This document shows, in pieces, positions 34,281 through 46,889 of a stretch of DNA of 46,889 nt. This stretch comes from Nemertoderma westbladi. Taxonomy: Eukaryota; Animalia; Xenacoelomorpha. Where the stretch lies: contig JAUCBJ010002469.1 in the NCBI GenBank assembly GCA_032718475.1, forward strand, positions 1 to 46,889, written 5' to 3'. Positions within the stretch are counted from its first letter, which is position 1, and the number at the start of each line of letters is the position of its first letter. Made by a program: the position numbers and the translations under genes. The notes beneath the pieces are model-generated. The model did not search any database, was not told the DNA's origin, and saw nothing but the letters and a program-made list of their open reading frames with translations.

Positions 34281-37200
34281 ATGAGTTCAGGAGAGCCCCG
34301 AGAATCAGAGGGAGAAAGGACGCCGCCGCGGACCCCAGACGATACCAACCAAACGATCCGCAATGTTGCGACGAGACGGTACCGACCAGAGACGCTGGAT
34401 TCGCCGACGAGGGATGATCCGGTACCCCAAGTGGAGGGCGGCTGTCAACCACAAGAGTGGGACGAGTCGACGCACGACAGCAGACAGAGTACCGAAGTTG
34501 CCAACCAGCCACAGGCCGAGGGCGATGGTCGGCCCACCGGAACAGCAACGGTGGGGCCGCCAGTACAATGCCAAACCAGGAGAGGAGGAGGAGATGTCGG
34601 CGAAGAGGACGTCGGGACCAACAATCGGCTTCGACGGGCCTACAACGCCACGAAGAAACAGTTAAAGGAGGCCAGAGGGGAGCAAAGGTAGACCAGGCCA
34701 AGTTACATCAACGACTAGGTGAGTCGAATAAACATTTCCAATACCTAGTTCATTTCGGGCAAGGAGAAAAGGAGAGTGAGAGGGCGAGGGGGGTCGTCAC
34801 CAAACTATTCAAACTGTGGCAATCCGGGGTTATGGAGCCTGAAGTAGTGTACGTAGGGCTGTATTTAGTGGATGTTAGGGGAATTAAGTTAGTGGGTTGG
34901 GCAGATCCGCACAAGGGCAAACCCGAGGTTAACTCTGAGGATTCGTTCTCGTCGGTTAGCGAGAACCCCGGAAAATGGGGGAAAGTTAGTAAGACAGAGG
35001 GGCGACAGGAATCCGTCACGACCGATAAGTCCACTACATCCTCCGTGAAAGCAAGAAGGGTGTTAGAGAGATCTGGTGTGTCAATTGGACATGGTGGCGC
35101 TAGACCGGAAAGAATTAGAGAGGCAGTTGGATGAGGGAACTGCGCTGTTGGAGAAAGAGAAGGATTTGGCGAGGGAGTGTAGAGAGAGACCCGGGAGGGT
35201 AGCAAGAAATTGTAGAGAGCAGGAAGAGAGAGAGGCAGAGGAACGTAAGGAGCAAGAAACGAGAATAGAGGAGGAACGCAAGGAGTGAGAAGCGAGAGTA
35301 GAGAGCGAGCGTAGAGAGCGGGTTGCGGCGTAGAGAGCAGTTGGCGAACCAGAGTTTGCAGGAGGATAGGGAAAGAGAGAGAGCGGGAAAGCGTATGCAG
35401 GATGATATGCATGCCCGGCTAAGGGGGCTTATGCAATATCAGGCCAAGCAGAAGCGCCGACTAGAACTGGCGCAGTTGGGACTATCAGAGAGTGAGGCTG
35501 GCTCGGGTAGTATTTACGAGGAGCCAGAAGTTATGGAAACGTTTGTTAATATCCCACTTACAGGCGCCAGGCGACAGAACCAGAACTGGTGTAGCCGTAC
35601 GGGCGGGGGGGGGTAATAACAATACGTTAGAAGAAATTAATATTAATAGTACCGTAGTAGACAACCCTAACCAAACTTTTATTACAGGAAATAATATTTT
35701 ATCCAGTAATTCTAATTTAAATACAAATAATCCAAATAATAATATTAATTTAAATATACAAAATAATAATTCTAATTCAAATATTCAAAATAATTCGAAT
35801 AATAATTTAAATTTAAATATACAGAATAATTCAAATAATTTGAATAATTTAGAAAATAATAATATTGATAACAGGGCTATTAATACTAATATAGGAGACA
35901 TGGATGGTCCGGCCAACGGTAGCCTGCAAGGCAACGAAGTTGGTACGCAGGGAGTAGCGGGGCGAGATACCCCGACAGGAGCCTGCAAGGCCACATATTT
36001 AGGCAGGGAGTAGCGGGGGTGAGTCAACCCAACAGGAGCCTGCCAGGCCACGCAGTTGCACAGGGAGAGGCGAGGGTGAACAGACCCAGCCGCAGTAGAG
36101 ACAGTGCGTTGACTAAAGTGATGTGTAGAAGCAAAGTAAGAGGTAGTGAAGTAAGAAGTGGCGAGTGGGGGGGGGGGGGCTACGGGCGCCCCACCACGGA
36201 AGATTATTGGCGAGAGAGAGGGGGGGGGGGGGGGGCAGAGAATGCCCCACAAGAGGGGCATAGAAGCGAAGTAAAAGGTAGTGAAGTAAGAATTGGCAAG
36301 TGAGGGGGGGGGGCTACAGACACCCCACCGCAGAAGATTAGTGGCGAGAGTCGAGGGGGGGGGGGGGGGCAGAGAATGTCCCACAAGAGGGACGTCAAAC
36401 TAAAGTAAAAGATAGTGAAGCAAGGGGTAGTGAAGTAAGAAGCAACGGGTGGGGGGGGGGGCTATGGGCGCCCCACCACGAGAGATTAGTGGCGAGAGGG
36501 GGGGGGGGGGGCAGAGAATGTCCCACAAGCGTCGGCAGATAATGCGCAGGGCAAGTTAAGTGAACCACAACACCCGACGACGGAGAGTAGTAGGGGGATG
36601 ACGAGTATCCCCAGAAGGGTCCAGACGGACAGAGAGAGAGATGTTAGCGCCGAGAGTGGGCGAGCGAGAAGAAGTCAGTCGGAAGAGAGAAGAAGAATGG
36701 TAGAGTTTAACCGGGAGGTCAAAGAGAGAAGAAGTGAAGAGAGTAGAAGAAGCGTTGCTACAAGAAACCGGAGAGCAAGGATGGATAGCAAGCCGTCGGT
36801 AGTAGAGATGGAGTTAGGAAATCAGTGGGGTCGAGCTCCATGAGATTGCCGTCGACCCAGAGAGTCGCACCGCACACCAGAAGAAGGGTACAGAACGTAC
36901 CGATATGAAGATGAGAATAGGAGAGGGGATCGAAGAGAAACTTCCCGATGTGATATAGCTGCCGATCGAGAGTACGGTAGTAATGGGGAGGACTTCTTAA
37001 ATTATTTGAGAAGGTTAAACTTCTGTCCGGAAGGACACATACAGACTGCAGGACATACTGCAGGCCTTACTGCATATACTATAGGCCATGCTGGAAGAGA
37101 TAGTGTAGGCAATAGGATAGCGCAAACAACAGGATTAGATCCGGAAATCATCTCGTATATACCGATAGGTAGTCAAGAAGTGGATAGGCCTATATCGGTA

Positions 37201-40200
37201 CCAGCACAACAGCATGACTATAATATGCAGGGACATAACATATATCCAGGGGAGGGGAGAGTTATTGCGGATATGTGTATGGGCCCCAATATATTAACAT
37301 CAACCCCAGTACCAAACATACCGGTGGGGGGACAGGGTGACATTCCCCCATTACAATATCAACAATACACTCAAACAGGATTAAGAACATCGAACCCCCT
37401 GGACGAGAACAGGTCGTGCGACACGGAAATATGGAGGGGGCCATTACCCCCAATGGTATATCCGACGCAAACAAGGTCAACAGGCCCAACGGGCAGACCT
37501 CACCCAACATGAGAATCTGTACAGCATCCCTCAAACCCATTGGAAGCACAGGCAATGGGAATGGCGACACTTATCGATGCCCTCAAGACCAGGATCGAGT
37601 AACCACCAGTTGAGCCATTTAAATTCGACGGAAGTAGGCCGGAAGAATACCTGCAATTCCGACGCATGTACAGCAACGAGAAATTAAGTAAGAACCTGAC
37701 GCAGGCGGAGTGCCTAAAATATTTACAGGTATATACAGGAGGCCCAGCATACGGCATTGTGAGGCAGTATCAGGGCATCGAGGGCGGCTTCATGACTGCA
37801 TGGCAGGCCCTAGACAGGGAATACGGACACCCAGCCAAGATCATCTGGCAAACCCTGATGGGTATAACATCGGGTGGCCTACAGGATAACCCCGTTAGCA
37901 TAAAGACGTTTGCAAACAAAGTCGAGAAGGCGCTAATCATGCTGAAAACATTAGACGCGCCATACAAACTCAACGCATCTAATAATATCACCACGACAGC
38001 GCAGGCACTGCCGATCTGGCTACGGAGCAAGTAGAGGAAGATCGCCTTCTCCACTCGGGAGAAGAAAGGTGCGGAGCCGGGCTTAGAGGAAATGTCAAAC
38101 TTCCTCAATTACGAAGCAGAGTTGATTACAGACCCAGTCTATAGTGAGGATAGTTTGGGGAAGGCACCAAAGACCGAATAAAACAGGCCTAAACCCGAAC
38201 ACAATCCTGCAGATCCATTCCCGAGAGTAAGACAGTTGCTACCACACGTGGCCACACAGGGGGCTGCAAGCCCACAGTTAGCTGGGAGTAGGGCCTCACC
38301 GTGGCAGGGACAGAAAGAAAATAACAACACAAATAAACATAATCCCAACATACCCAGTAGGCTGAGTCCAGATAACCAAAACACTAAACAGGTAGATATA
38401 AACCTAAGAGCGATACGTGAGGGACTATACAGGAAATGCTACAATCCAGGATTTGGATGTCAGTTGCATAGGGACGGAACCCATAAGACCATGAGTTGTA
38501 AGCAGTGGCAAGCGTTGCCCAAACAATATCGTGTAGCCTACACAGACGCAAATGGACTATGTCATTGATGCATGGTAGAAGGACACAGATCCGGAGAGTG
38601 TAGAGAAACAGCAGCAAGAGATGATGAGACTGGAGGCCAAACGATGGCTACAAGTGCGACAGGAGCGAGAAGAAAGAGGAAAGTACTACTCGGGGTAGTA
38701 CCAGTGAAGATAACAGGAAGGGGCAGTCGATCAGTCACAACATTAATGCTGGTTGACAGCGGAGCAGCCTTCACGCTGGTGGAGAATTGGGTGGCCGAGG
38801 AGATAGGGTTACAGACGAGGCTGAGTATGTTGGCGGTAACTACTATCTCAAGTAAGGATGAAGTCCTGGAGATGAGGACGGGAAGGTGCAAAATATCAGC
38901 AATAGCACCGGGATGTGACTATGGGGCAACCATCGACCCCATCCAGTTAATAGAATCAATCAACATAAATGCCAGGTGACCAACTAACATTAAGGTCAAA
39001 CAGTATAGATTCCTGGACAAACTCGATTTCTCGATACCAGAGGTGGACGTCAGGAAGGTATCCATCATAGTGGGAATGGATTGTCCAACGGCCCACGAGA
39101 GGATACATATGGTTTTCAGCGAAGACAAACAGCGTGATCCGATGGCAGTTCTAACGCCATTCGGATGGATGCTAAGTGGCCCAATCAAAACCAAAATTCC
39201 ATTCAGGATGTCGGAGACATCGGGGTGCATGTTCGCAGGAATTATGAGGGAGATGGAAGATGAGGGAGCGGAGGAGCAGCTTAAGAGATTGTTGAGGCAG
39301 GACTTTGAGGGATTCAAGGAGACCGGGGTCGGAACCTCGGTGGTAGAGGATAAACAAGCAGTACAGAGTGTAAAGGAGTCGTTGAGATGCAAAGAGGGGC
39401 AGTACACCATAGGCATGGTGTGGAAACAGCCAAAACTACCGCTACCCGAGAACAAGGGGATGGTACTCACAAGGCTTCGCAAACTGAAGCAAACGCTGAA
39501 ACGTAGCCCCAAAAAGGATGAGTACATCCATAAGATGATAAAGAAGTACGTTGAGAAAGGATGGGCCGTGGAGTTGCCAGTCGACAAACCGAACACAGAC
39601 AGGACCGAATATTTAAACCTTGGGGATTGAGGTCTTATTGAGATTTAGAAATGGGAGACATGCCTTCACCTGTGACATCAAAGGCATGTTTAACCAAGTC
39701 TGTGTGATGGAGGAGGACAGCGACAGCCAGTGCTTCCTATGGTACAACAGCAACGAGGAGCCATCGACAATACCGATGTATAAGATGGTGGTGCAGAACA
39801 TGGGGGCCAAGTCGTCCTCATTCACAACGACTATGGCTGTAAGAGATACAGTAGAGGGGAAAGAGAGGGAGTATAGCGCTAGAGCGATCAATATGATTCG
39901 ACGTGGCTTCTATGTAGACGATGGGATGGAATCTGGAAACACGGTTAAAGAATTACTGGACACAGGGCGCGAGGCTCACGACATCCTGAAAGGATCCGGA
40001 TTTAACCTGACAAAGTTTCAGTCCAGCTCAGAGGGGTTTATGATAGCCATAGAGGACAGACGACCAGAGTCGACCATGGACAACCCCACAACAGCCAAGG
40101 GAAAGGACATGGCAGACAAAAGAGTGAAGTTTCAGCAGAAGGCGCTGGGGATTGTGTGGAACCAGGAGACAAACGAGTTTAAATTCCAACTGAGCCAGGA

Positions 40201-41439
40201 GGGCGCGGAGATCCACACAAAGAGAGGCTATGTATCGTACATAGCAAGGATATATGATCCCTTAGGCCTAGCCTCCCCATTGTTAGTCACGGGGAAGTGA
40301 TACTTAAGAAAGTATATAAGCTAAAGGACGAGTGGGATACGGAGGTACCGGAAGAAATAAGAAAGCAATGGAATAAATAGACGGGGAGTTTAGAAGAGAT
40401 GGGGACGTACAGCATGCTACGCGTGTATTTCCCGGATGGGGACATGACGGATCTGGACTTACACATGTTCTCCGATGCATCATTGGAAGCATACGGAGCA
40501 GCACTCTACCTAGTACAGTGAAAGGGGGCTTATAAGCCCAGACTTGCATTCAGCAAAACAAAGTCGACGCCACCAGATTCAGTGTCAGTCCCGAATCTTG
40601 AGTTGACAGCTGCAAGATTAGGAGTAAGGGCCACAGCCTACTTGATGGACGCAATTCCCAACATAATGGAAACACATTACTGGACGGACTCCATGGTAGT
40701 GGTCGGGTGGCTGCACAATGAGAAGACGATAATACCCTATATTTGTCATGAATAGTGTGGACGAAATAAGGGTGACGACAGACTTGGAAAGGTGGCACTA
40801 CTGCCCAATGGACGACAACCCAGCAGACTTGTTATCGAGGGGCGTGGCACGCCACACTTTCTCAAAGAAGGAAGTGTTGTGGCAGCACGGGCCACACTTC
40901 CTGAACGATAGGTCGGCCTGGCCACCATTGAAGAAGGTGGACCCGGGCTCAGAGGAAGTAGCACCAGAAGAAGAGGGAGAAGATTCAGAAGGAGAAGAGA
41001 TATATAGTTAGAAATATATCTGAATCTAGAAGAGCCATGCGACAACCCGACAGATAGGTTACTCAGCTACAGCTCCAGCTGGTAATAGACCAAGAAGTTG
41101 GTAGAGTGGAGTTGGTAAGTGGAGTTGGTAAAAGTTGCCAAAGCAATAAGCGCAGAGTACTGGAGGAGGTGGGTCGAGTAATACCTACCCACGTTACACA
41201 GCAGGAGCAAGTGGAGAAACACCACTAGAGAGTTAAAGAAAGGTGACTTGGTGATCGTCACTGACAACACAATCATCAATAATCAGAGGAGGCTAGCAAA
41301 AGTAGTAGACACTTACCCCAACGAGGACGGAAGAGTCCGATCGGTGGAAGTGCGGATATGGGGTAAGATAAGAGCAAAGGATAGGAAGACCTACAGGAGG
41401 GCAGTAGGAAAGTGCTGCCTACTAGAAGGGGCACCATAG
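34281..41439 (+). pseudogene. gag-pol of copy C: many stops and frameshifts, a deletion in RT, no integrase core
   Basis: Colinear with copy A (LVDSGAAFTLV, FYVDD, HMFSDAS, NPADLLSRG, YWRRW..YLPTL..RSKW). The KLRMVVDASAK block is missing at ~39605. Confidence 0.93.
36125..36535 (+). repeat. Triplicated ~135-150-bp G-tract unit in gag of copy C
   Basis: GAAGTAAGAA...polyG-CTA...GATTA(G/T)TGGCGAGAG...polyG-CAGAGAATG occurs three times; copy A has one copy (~6870-6965). Confidence 0.75.
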
Positions 41440-42193
41440 AGTTTAGACGTCCAAGTGTTGGACTGAGGGGGGTGGGATTGAGGGTGAGACGCCCTCCCCA
41501 CACAAAATATAAAAAAAATAATAAAATTATAAAATTAAAATAGAAAGAAAGTTAGAATGTGATAGTAGTAGATAGTACGTAGCACTAGGTAATAAAGTTA
41601 GCAGAAGTTAGTAGTAGTAAGAAGTTAGTAAGAAGTAAGAAGTACGAAGTTAGTATGAAGTAAGAAGTTAGGAAGTTAGTTAGAAGCATAGGGAGTGTGG
41701 TATAGAGACATACCACGGGAGTAAGATGGTGCGTAGTACCGTTAGAGTGGAAGCATAGGGAGTGTGGTATAGAGACATACCACGGGAGTAGGAGGGTACA
41801 TAGTACCGATGAAGTTAGTAGAGTTAGTAGAGTTAGAGAGTTTTGAGATTTAGAGAGTTAGAGAGTTAGGAGAGTTAGAGAGTTAGTAGAGTTAGCAGTA
41901 ATAGAGTAGAGAATATGGTGTATGGATATGACATACCATAGTAGTAAGAAGTAAGTGTAGTAAGAAACTATGTAGTAAGAAACAAATAGAGAGGTAGATA
42001 TAATGATAGCACAGAATAGGAGGAAATATAGGTAAAACAAAATCAAAATAAAGGCAAGGGATATTGGCACGGAAGAAGGAAGGGAGAAAGGCCATTACAG
42101 AACAAAACTTGCAACATCTTGTTTAACGGCACTCACTCAAAAATTGAGCCTTTGTAAGGCCCCACCTATTGGGTGAGTGCGGGGAAGATTGTG

Positions 42194-42238
42194 ATGGCTG
42201 AGAGGTTAGTAAGGAAGAGAAAGGCGGAGAGAGACTGA
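42194..42238 (+). pseudogene. N-terminal stub of accessory ORF2 in copy C
   Basis: MAERLVRKRKAERD* versus MVGKLIRKRKAES in copy A, at the same position after a conserved hairpin. Confidence 0.7.
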
Positions 42239-43001
42239 AGCGGGTGAGACCGGGAGTGACGAGTCATATCACCTCCGAGCGGGGGGGGGGGGGGGGGGGG
42301 GAGGGGGGTGTGTTAAGGCGCGTCATGTAGACGAGCATATAATATAATATATATAATGTATAATTGTATAATAATTTATTGTTATATATAATATAACTCG
42401 TATATATATATTATGCAATATGAACCATAGTAAAGTACAACCTTTTTCCAATAAGCTACTGGGACTGGGGACTAATTGACTAGGGCGGCAGGACGGGACT
42501 TAGACGGATCCCACTAACATGGTGCACACATGTGTGGGACCCAATAAGTGAATGGGGAATGAAAACGAGAATGGGGAATCGGGGGAAGAATGGAGAGGAG
42601 GTGTTGACGTGTGTGGAAAGTGTGCGGGTGCAATTCAAATGTAGGGAGCAAGCAGTAAGAGGGAGAGTAAGGGACAGAGAGGTCCGAAAGTGAGATAGGG
42701 TAGAGTGGAGCTAGAGTGGAGCTAAAGTGAAGTTTGAGTGAGTCTGGTGAGAGTGTTTGAAAATTGTGTAAAAAGTCCACAATTGTCTCAAACAGAGACA
42801 TCAGATGTCTTGGTGCAACATAGGTTGCGATTGCACCAAGAAAGGGTAGCAATATCATACCCAGAGGGTGCGGCCTGGAAACCCGACTCCAAGAAAAGAA
42901 CTCCACACCACACCTGATAGTAGTAGACCGGGTCCCAGCGGAATTGAAGCGCGCTTGAGGTTGATGCTATCTTCTCACCGGAAAGATAGCATGGGGGGGA
43001 G

Positions 43002-43591
43002 TGTGAGCGGATTCAATTCGGCTTCATTACCCTCATAAAATGGGAAGTGGCATTTTCAGCAATATATCGGAGATACGAGATTATTAGTAACTAATTTCGT
43101 ATCACAACCAATATTGGGGACAGTACAAACCCCAAATCCACGAAAAAAGGGAGGATAGTTGTCAAACCACCTCAGAGGGAAGGCAGCTAGCGGGGGCTAG
43201 CAACAGGGGGGGGGGGGGGGGGGGGGGAGAAACACTCCTGGAGAGTGAAACGGTGAGAACCAGGTCGTTAGCCAATAGGGGCGAAGGAGAGCATCCACTA
43301 GGTAAAGGGCCACAGTAATGTAGCAGTGTAGTAATATTGGTTTGTCGTATATTATCAACTTGCATACCTTTATTAATTCAGTTTATCCAGTTACCGGTTT
43401 CAGTGCAGACGGGCAACATTGTTTTACCATCACCGTTACCTTCACTATTACTGTAATATTGGTTTACAATATTATCTGTCATCAATATTATACATAACGC
43501 CGAAGGACAACATCAATCTTGAACTTTTCCATCACACCGGTGACGCGTACGAAACAAACTTACCCGGTCTGGATCTACCGATCCCGTCACA
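43002..43591 (+). repeat. 3' LTR of copy C
   Basis: Runs TGTGAGCGGATTCAATTCGG...GATCCCGTCACA, preceded by the PPT and followed by the TSD. Confidence 0.95.
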
Positions 43592-43741
43592 TCCCCAATT
43601 GTCTTAAATTTGCTTACAAACATTTAAACTAAAATTTAAAAACTTAAAATATCAACATTTAGCTAGTATATTAAATTATTTAACATTTTCCAAAAAAGTT
43701 ATAGAATAAAAAATTGAATCTACGGAGAAAATTTTTAATAT

Positions 43742-45498
43742 TCTATATCTAAAGCTCAAATTGTGTATGTATGTATGTATGAATGTATGTATGTATGTAT
43801 GTATGTTTGTTTGTTCCTCTATCTCCTCCTAAACTACTGGCTCTCGCGATCTGGGGAAAATACCGTTGGATTCAGCGTGGTCCTGGGCTCTGTATAAAGT
43901 CATTTTCACCCACAGGCAGTGAATATTTTCGGTACTTTTAGCACTTTTTCGGTATTTATTGCAATTCGATTGGTGTCTTTGCTTGAACACAGTTAATAAA
44001 AAGCCAGCTATAAGAACAAACAAACGTAGTGTAGTTTGGTCCCTCTCCATTCATTATTATTATCCTACAGTACAGTTACTACAGTTGAAACCTACATTAT
44101 TACTAAAATTCATTCACCTGGAATTAGTAATATTCACATTCGCCCATACCTTTACTGAGAAGGCTATCAGCTGTATGAAATATTTAACACACACTAATGC
44201 TACCCTATGAAGAATTTCAAGTTTGTAAGGGGTGGAGTTTAGGCAGTAGGGCCTAAGCAAACAGGTACAATAATCTTGGCAACCTCATCGATTTATACTA
44301 AGCCTGAGTAGAAATCCATTACATAAGCCATTTTTCATCATGAACACCAGCTGTTATTGGTGTTATTTTACCATTGCGTCTATGGCACTTTTCGTTTATT
44401 TCATTTTTTGCAAAAACTAATTACTGTATTTTTCTGAAAATTGCTTTATACACCCATTCAGACCATACACTACAGGAGGGTAAAAAACAACACAATTGAC
44501 CGGATAGTTTCGGAGCCTTTCTGTGTGACAAACAGACAGTCAGACAAACAGACACGATTTTCTTACAGTAAGGAAATCTGAAGATTTACCATTAAAACAT
44601 TTCAACGACTCCAGTGCTTAGAATTCAATCAGCTGGCCTCCCCCCTAACATAGCAGTGACGGTATTAATTGCAATTCGATTAGTGTCTTTGCTTCTGAGA
44701 GACGTACACAGTTTGAAACTCGGAACATAATAATCGTCTATATTAATATCTCTAGGCATAAGATTATTGTATACTGACTGTTTTTAGTATAGTAGTGTTG
44801 AAGTTGTTGTGTAGTAGTTGTAGGCATGGATGGCATAACGAAACGAAAAGGAAACGGAGCATATTTGGAAAATATATACATATTTGTGGAATAATAATAA
44901 TAATAATAATGATATTCTCCTTATTTGATGTAAATGTAAACGGAGTAACTTATTTCCTTCAATACATCCAACCCTTTTGCTTTCCAGTTCCCGGCACCAT
45001 TGCATTGCAATAGACCAGGGCGGATTACGTTAGAACTACAGTAAAATAAGGAACTAAGGCAATACTGATAGTAAATTAGTACTACATACAGTACAATAGA
45101 GCAACTGGTATGTATACCTGGCATTTCACCTGCCGGGACGTTACGAATGTTACCAGTATATTGCCTATAAAACTCCAAGGCTGTAAGACATATAACAACG
45201 AGTTGGGGGGAGTCAACACCGTCCTTTATATTGATAGAATTATACTGTACTATTTTTTATTATATTGTATTGTGTACTACATGTACACTGTATGTACTAC
45301 ACTTTCAAGGCGTTGGGATGGGGCGGGGAGTTATAATATGTAATACTTTTATTTGATAAAATCAAAAATTTGAATTAACTAAATTTGAGAGCATCAACAG
45401 TACAGTACCTACTCTGTATAGTATAATAGATACTACTGTAGACTAGCAAGCTAGCAAGACTAGCAAGCCTGGCGCGCGAAGCGCACCTGGCTTGCTAG
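43742..45498 (+). mobile_element. Non-autonomous Helitron-like element (may be several pieces)
   Basis: 5' TCTATATCTAAAG followed by a (TATG)n microsatellite; 3' GC-rich hairpin (GCGC-GAA-GCGC core) followed by CTAG|T. Pairing these two ends is inference. Confidence 0.5.
44420..44554 (-). mobile_element. Helitron-like 5' end in the opposite orientation
   Basis: The minus strand reads TCCTTACTGTAAGAAAATCGTGTCTGTTTGTCTGACTGTCTGTTTGTCAC: a TC start plus a GTCT/GTTT microsatellite. Confidence 0.45.
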
Positions 45499-45886
45499 TC
45501 TAACAAAAAAGCTCACATTTTAAAAAATTACTAAAAAAACTGCTAGTATAAAAATTTGTGTGTGGACGGAAGTATTATGTAATGTTGCACCTATGCTGAT
45601 ATGAATGTGAATATCATTAGCTGCACAATCTTTTCATTGGCGCATTTACTACTAATCCCATATTATAATATTTATTTTAATCTTAAATTGTTAATCCGCC
45701 AGTTTTATATTTATTGCGCATTGTTAACTGCGATCTGAACCAATATCAAATATAAGAAAGGCGTATTTAATACATTATATCTATATATATATTATAATAT
45801 GTAATATATATATTAATTATATTTATTAATGAGCAAAAACTTTTATAAAGTACCTATAAATGATTTACTTTGTATATAAAAAAAAT

Positions 45887-46386
45887 GGGTGACCCATATC
45901 AAACCAGTGCCAGTTTTTTTGTTCTAGTTTAATTATTTTACCTTCTGTCAGTAATATGGTGGTTAGTAATTTTGATTTTGTGTTAGCTTGTATGTCTGCA
46001 TTTTATAAAGATATTAAAAAAATAAAACTTTATTTAGAACCTCAACTACTTCGTCATGTCGACACTCCTGTCCAGTTTTTTTACCTGTCACTTTTAATGT
46101 TTTTTAATGATTTTTTGATATTGGTGAATGTTCAAGAGCATTAGTAGATATATTTCTTTTTGGTAGATAGTGTTATTTTTACTAGATAGTATTTATTTGA
46201 AATTATAAAAGTAATTAATTTGTGAAAATATTGATATTTCAGAATTATGCCTTAAAAAAACAAAAAAAAACAAAAAAAACTCAAAACCAAAAGAAATTAA
46301 TGGTTAAAAGATAATATTTATTTTTTTTCAAAACCTGTCCTACATCAAGAAAATGTGTTCGGCTTAGAACATATTATTGGGTACCC
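45887..46386. mobile_element. AT-rich MITE-like element related to 17331-18036
   Basis: GGGTGACCCATATC...GGGTACCC ends with AAT/ATT flanks. Confidence 0.35.
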
Positions 46387-46400
46387 ATTGTTTGACCACC

Positions 46401-46889
46401 TGTGAGCGGATTCAATTCCACCTCACCAAACCCCCATAAAGTGGGAAAGAGCGTCTCTAAGCAATATTGGGAGCACGAGGTTGATTACCAATATCAACCT
46501 CGTGTCACCCCAACAAAGTGGACGACAGGCCCCAGAGAACACACACACAATAGGGGTCAGGGGTTACGCCCCTAAGAGAGAAGAGAGTAACAGCAGCGAG
46601 GGGGGAAACACCACCGGAGGGCAGAGGGTGTGAAGTAGGTTACCAGCCAATAGGGGGGAAGCATCAACTGGGTAGAGCAACGTGGCCAACCATGCATATA
46701 TATATATTATCAGTTGTGTCATTTGGTTCAGTTTACTCAGTAGTTTACCCAGTAAAGTCACGATAGTACGGTGACAGTTAAGACCGTCACCCCGTCACCA
46801 CCATTACCGGTATCTATGCAGTTATTTCTGCCTTTGCATCAATGTTACCATCTTGCTATTATAATATATTTGCATTCAGTATTATACGG
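46401..46889 (+). repeat. LTR D (5' or solo LTR of the same family), cut by the window end
   Basis: Starts TGTGAGCGGATTCAATTCC and shares ATTGGGAGCACGAGGTTGATTACCA...CAACCTCGT and ACAGCAGCG with the copy A LTR. No PPT upstream. Confidence 0.88.

Larger units (their letters stand above)
33640..43591 (+). mobile_element. BEL/Pao LTR retrotransposon copy C (integrase core and most of ORF2 missing)
   Basis: LTRs at 33640-34224 and 43002-43591; perfect 5-bp TSD TCCCC (33635-33639 and 43592-43596); PPT GGGGGGGAG. Confidence 0.95.

Noticed and set aside
42880-42960. Hammerhead or HDV-like ribozyme in the structured 3' UTR
   Set aside because: No complete catalytic core (CTGATGA...GAAA with closing stems) is conserved between copies A and C.

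Overview
An AT-rich, transposon-dense eukaryotic window, probably from an invertebrate (inference). I can support no host gene here. It is dominated by BEL/Pao LTR retrotransposons. Copies on the + strand: A (4109-16703, two LTRs), B (28753-~30629, truncated), C (33640-43591, two LTRs, TCCCC target-site duplication) and an LTR D cut by the window end (46401-). A divergent copy E lies on the - strand and can be rebuilt across two nested TTAA MITEs (3' LTR 23755-25992, extra ORF 26073-28752, probable pol remnant 31550-32552). The main finding is an extra ORF in the position where env would sit. It encodes a DEDDy (WRN/RNase D-like) 3'-5' exonuclease-like domain fused to three CCHC zinc knuckles. 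It is nearly intact in A, a stub in C and a divergent pseudogene in E. The elements also share covarying stem-loops (ORF2 leader, U3, U5 end, next to the PPT), lack a tRNA-type primer-binding site, and both two-LTR copies lack the integrase core. Other content: RTE-like LINE fragments, a tRNA-derived SINE, a palindrome built with tandem G.A mismatches, hAT-like and piggyBac-like MITEs, a decayed Kolobok-type DNA transposon and Helitron-like ends. All domain calls come from motif recognition by eye; no searches were run.
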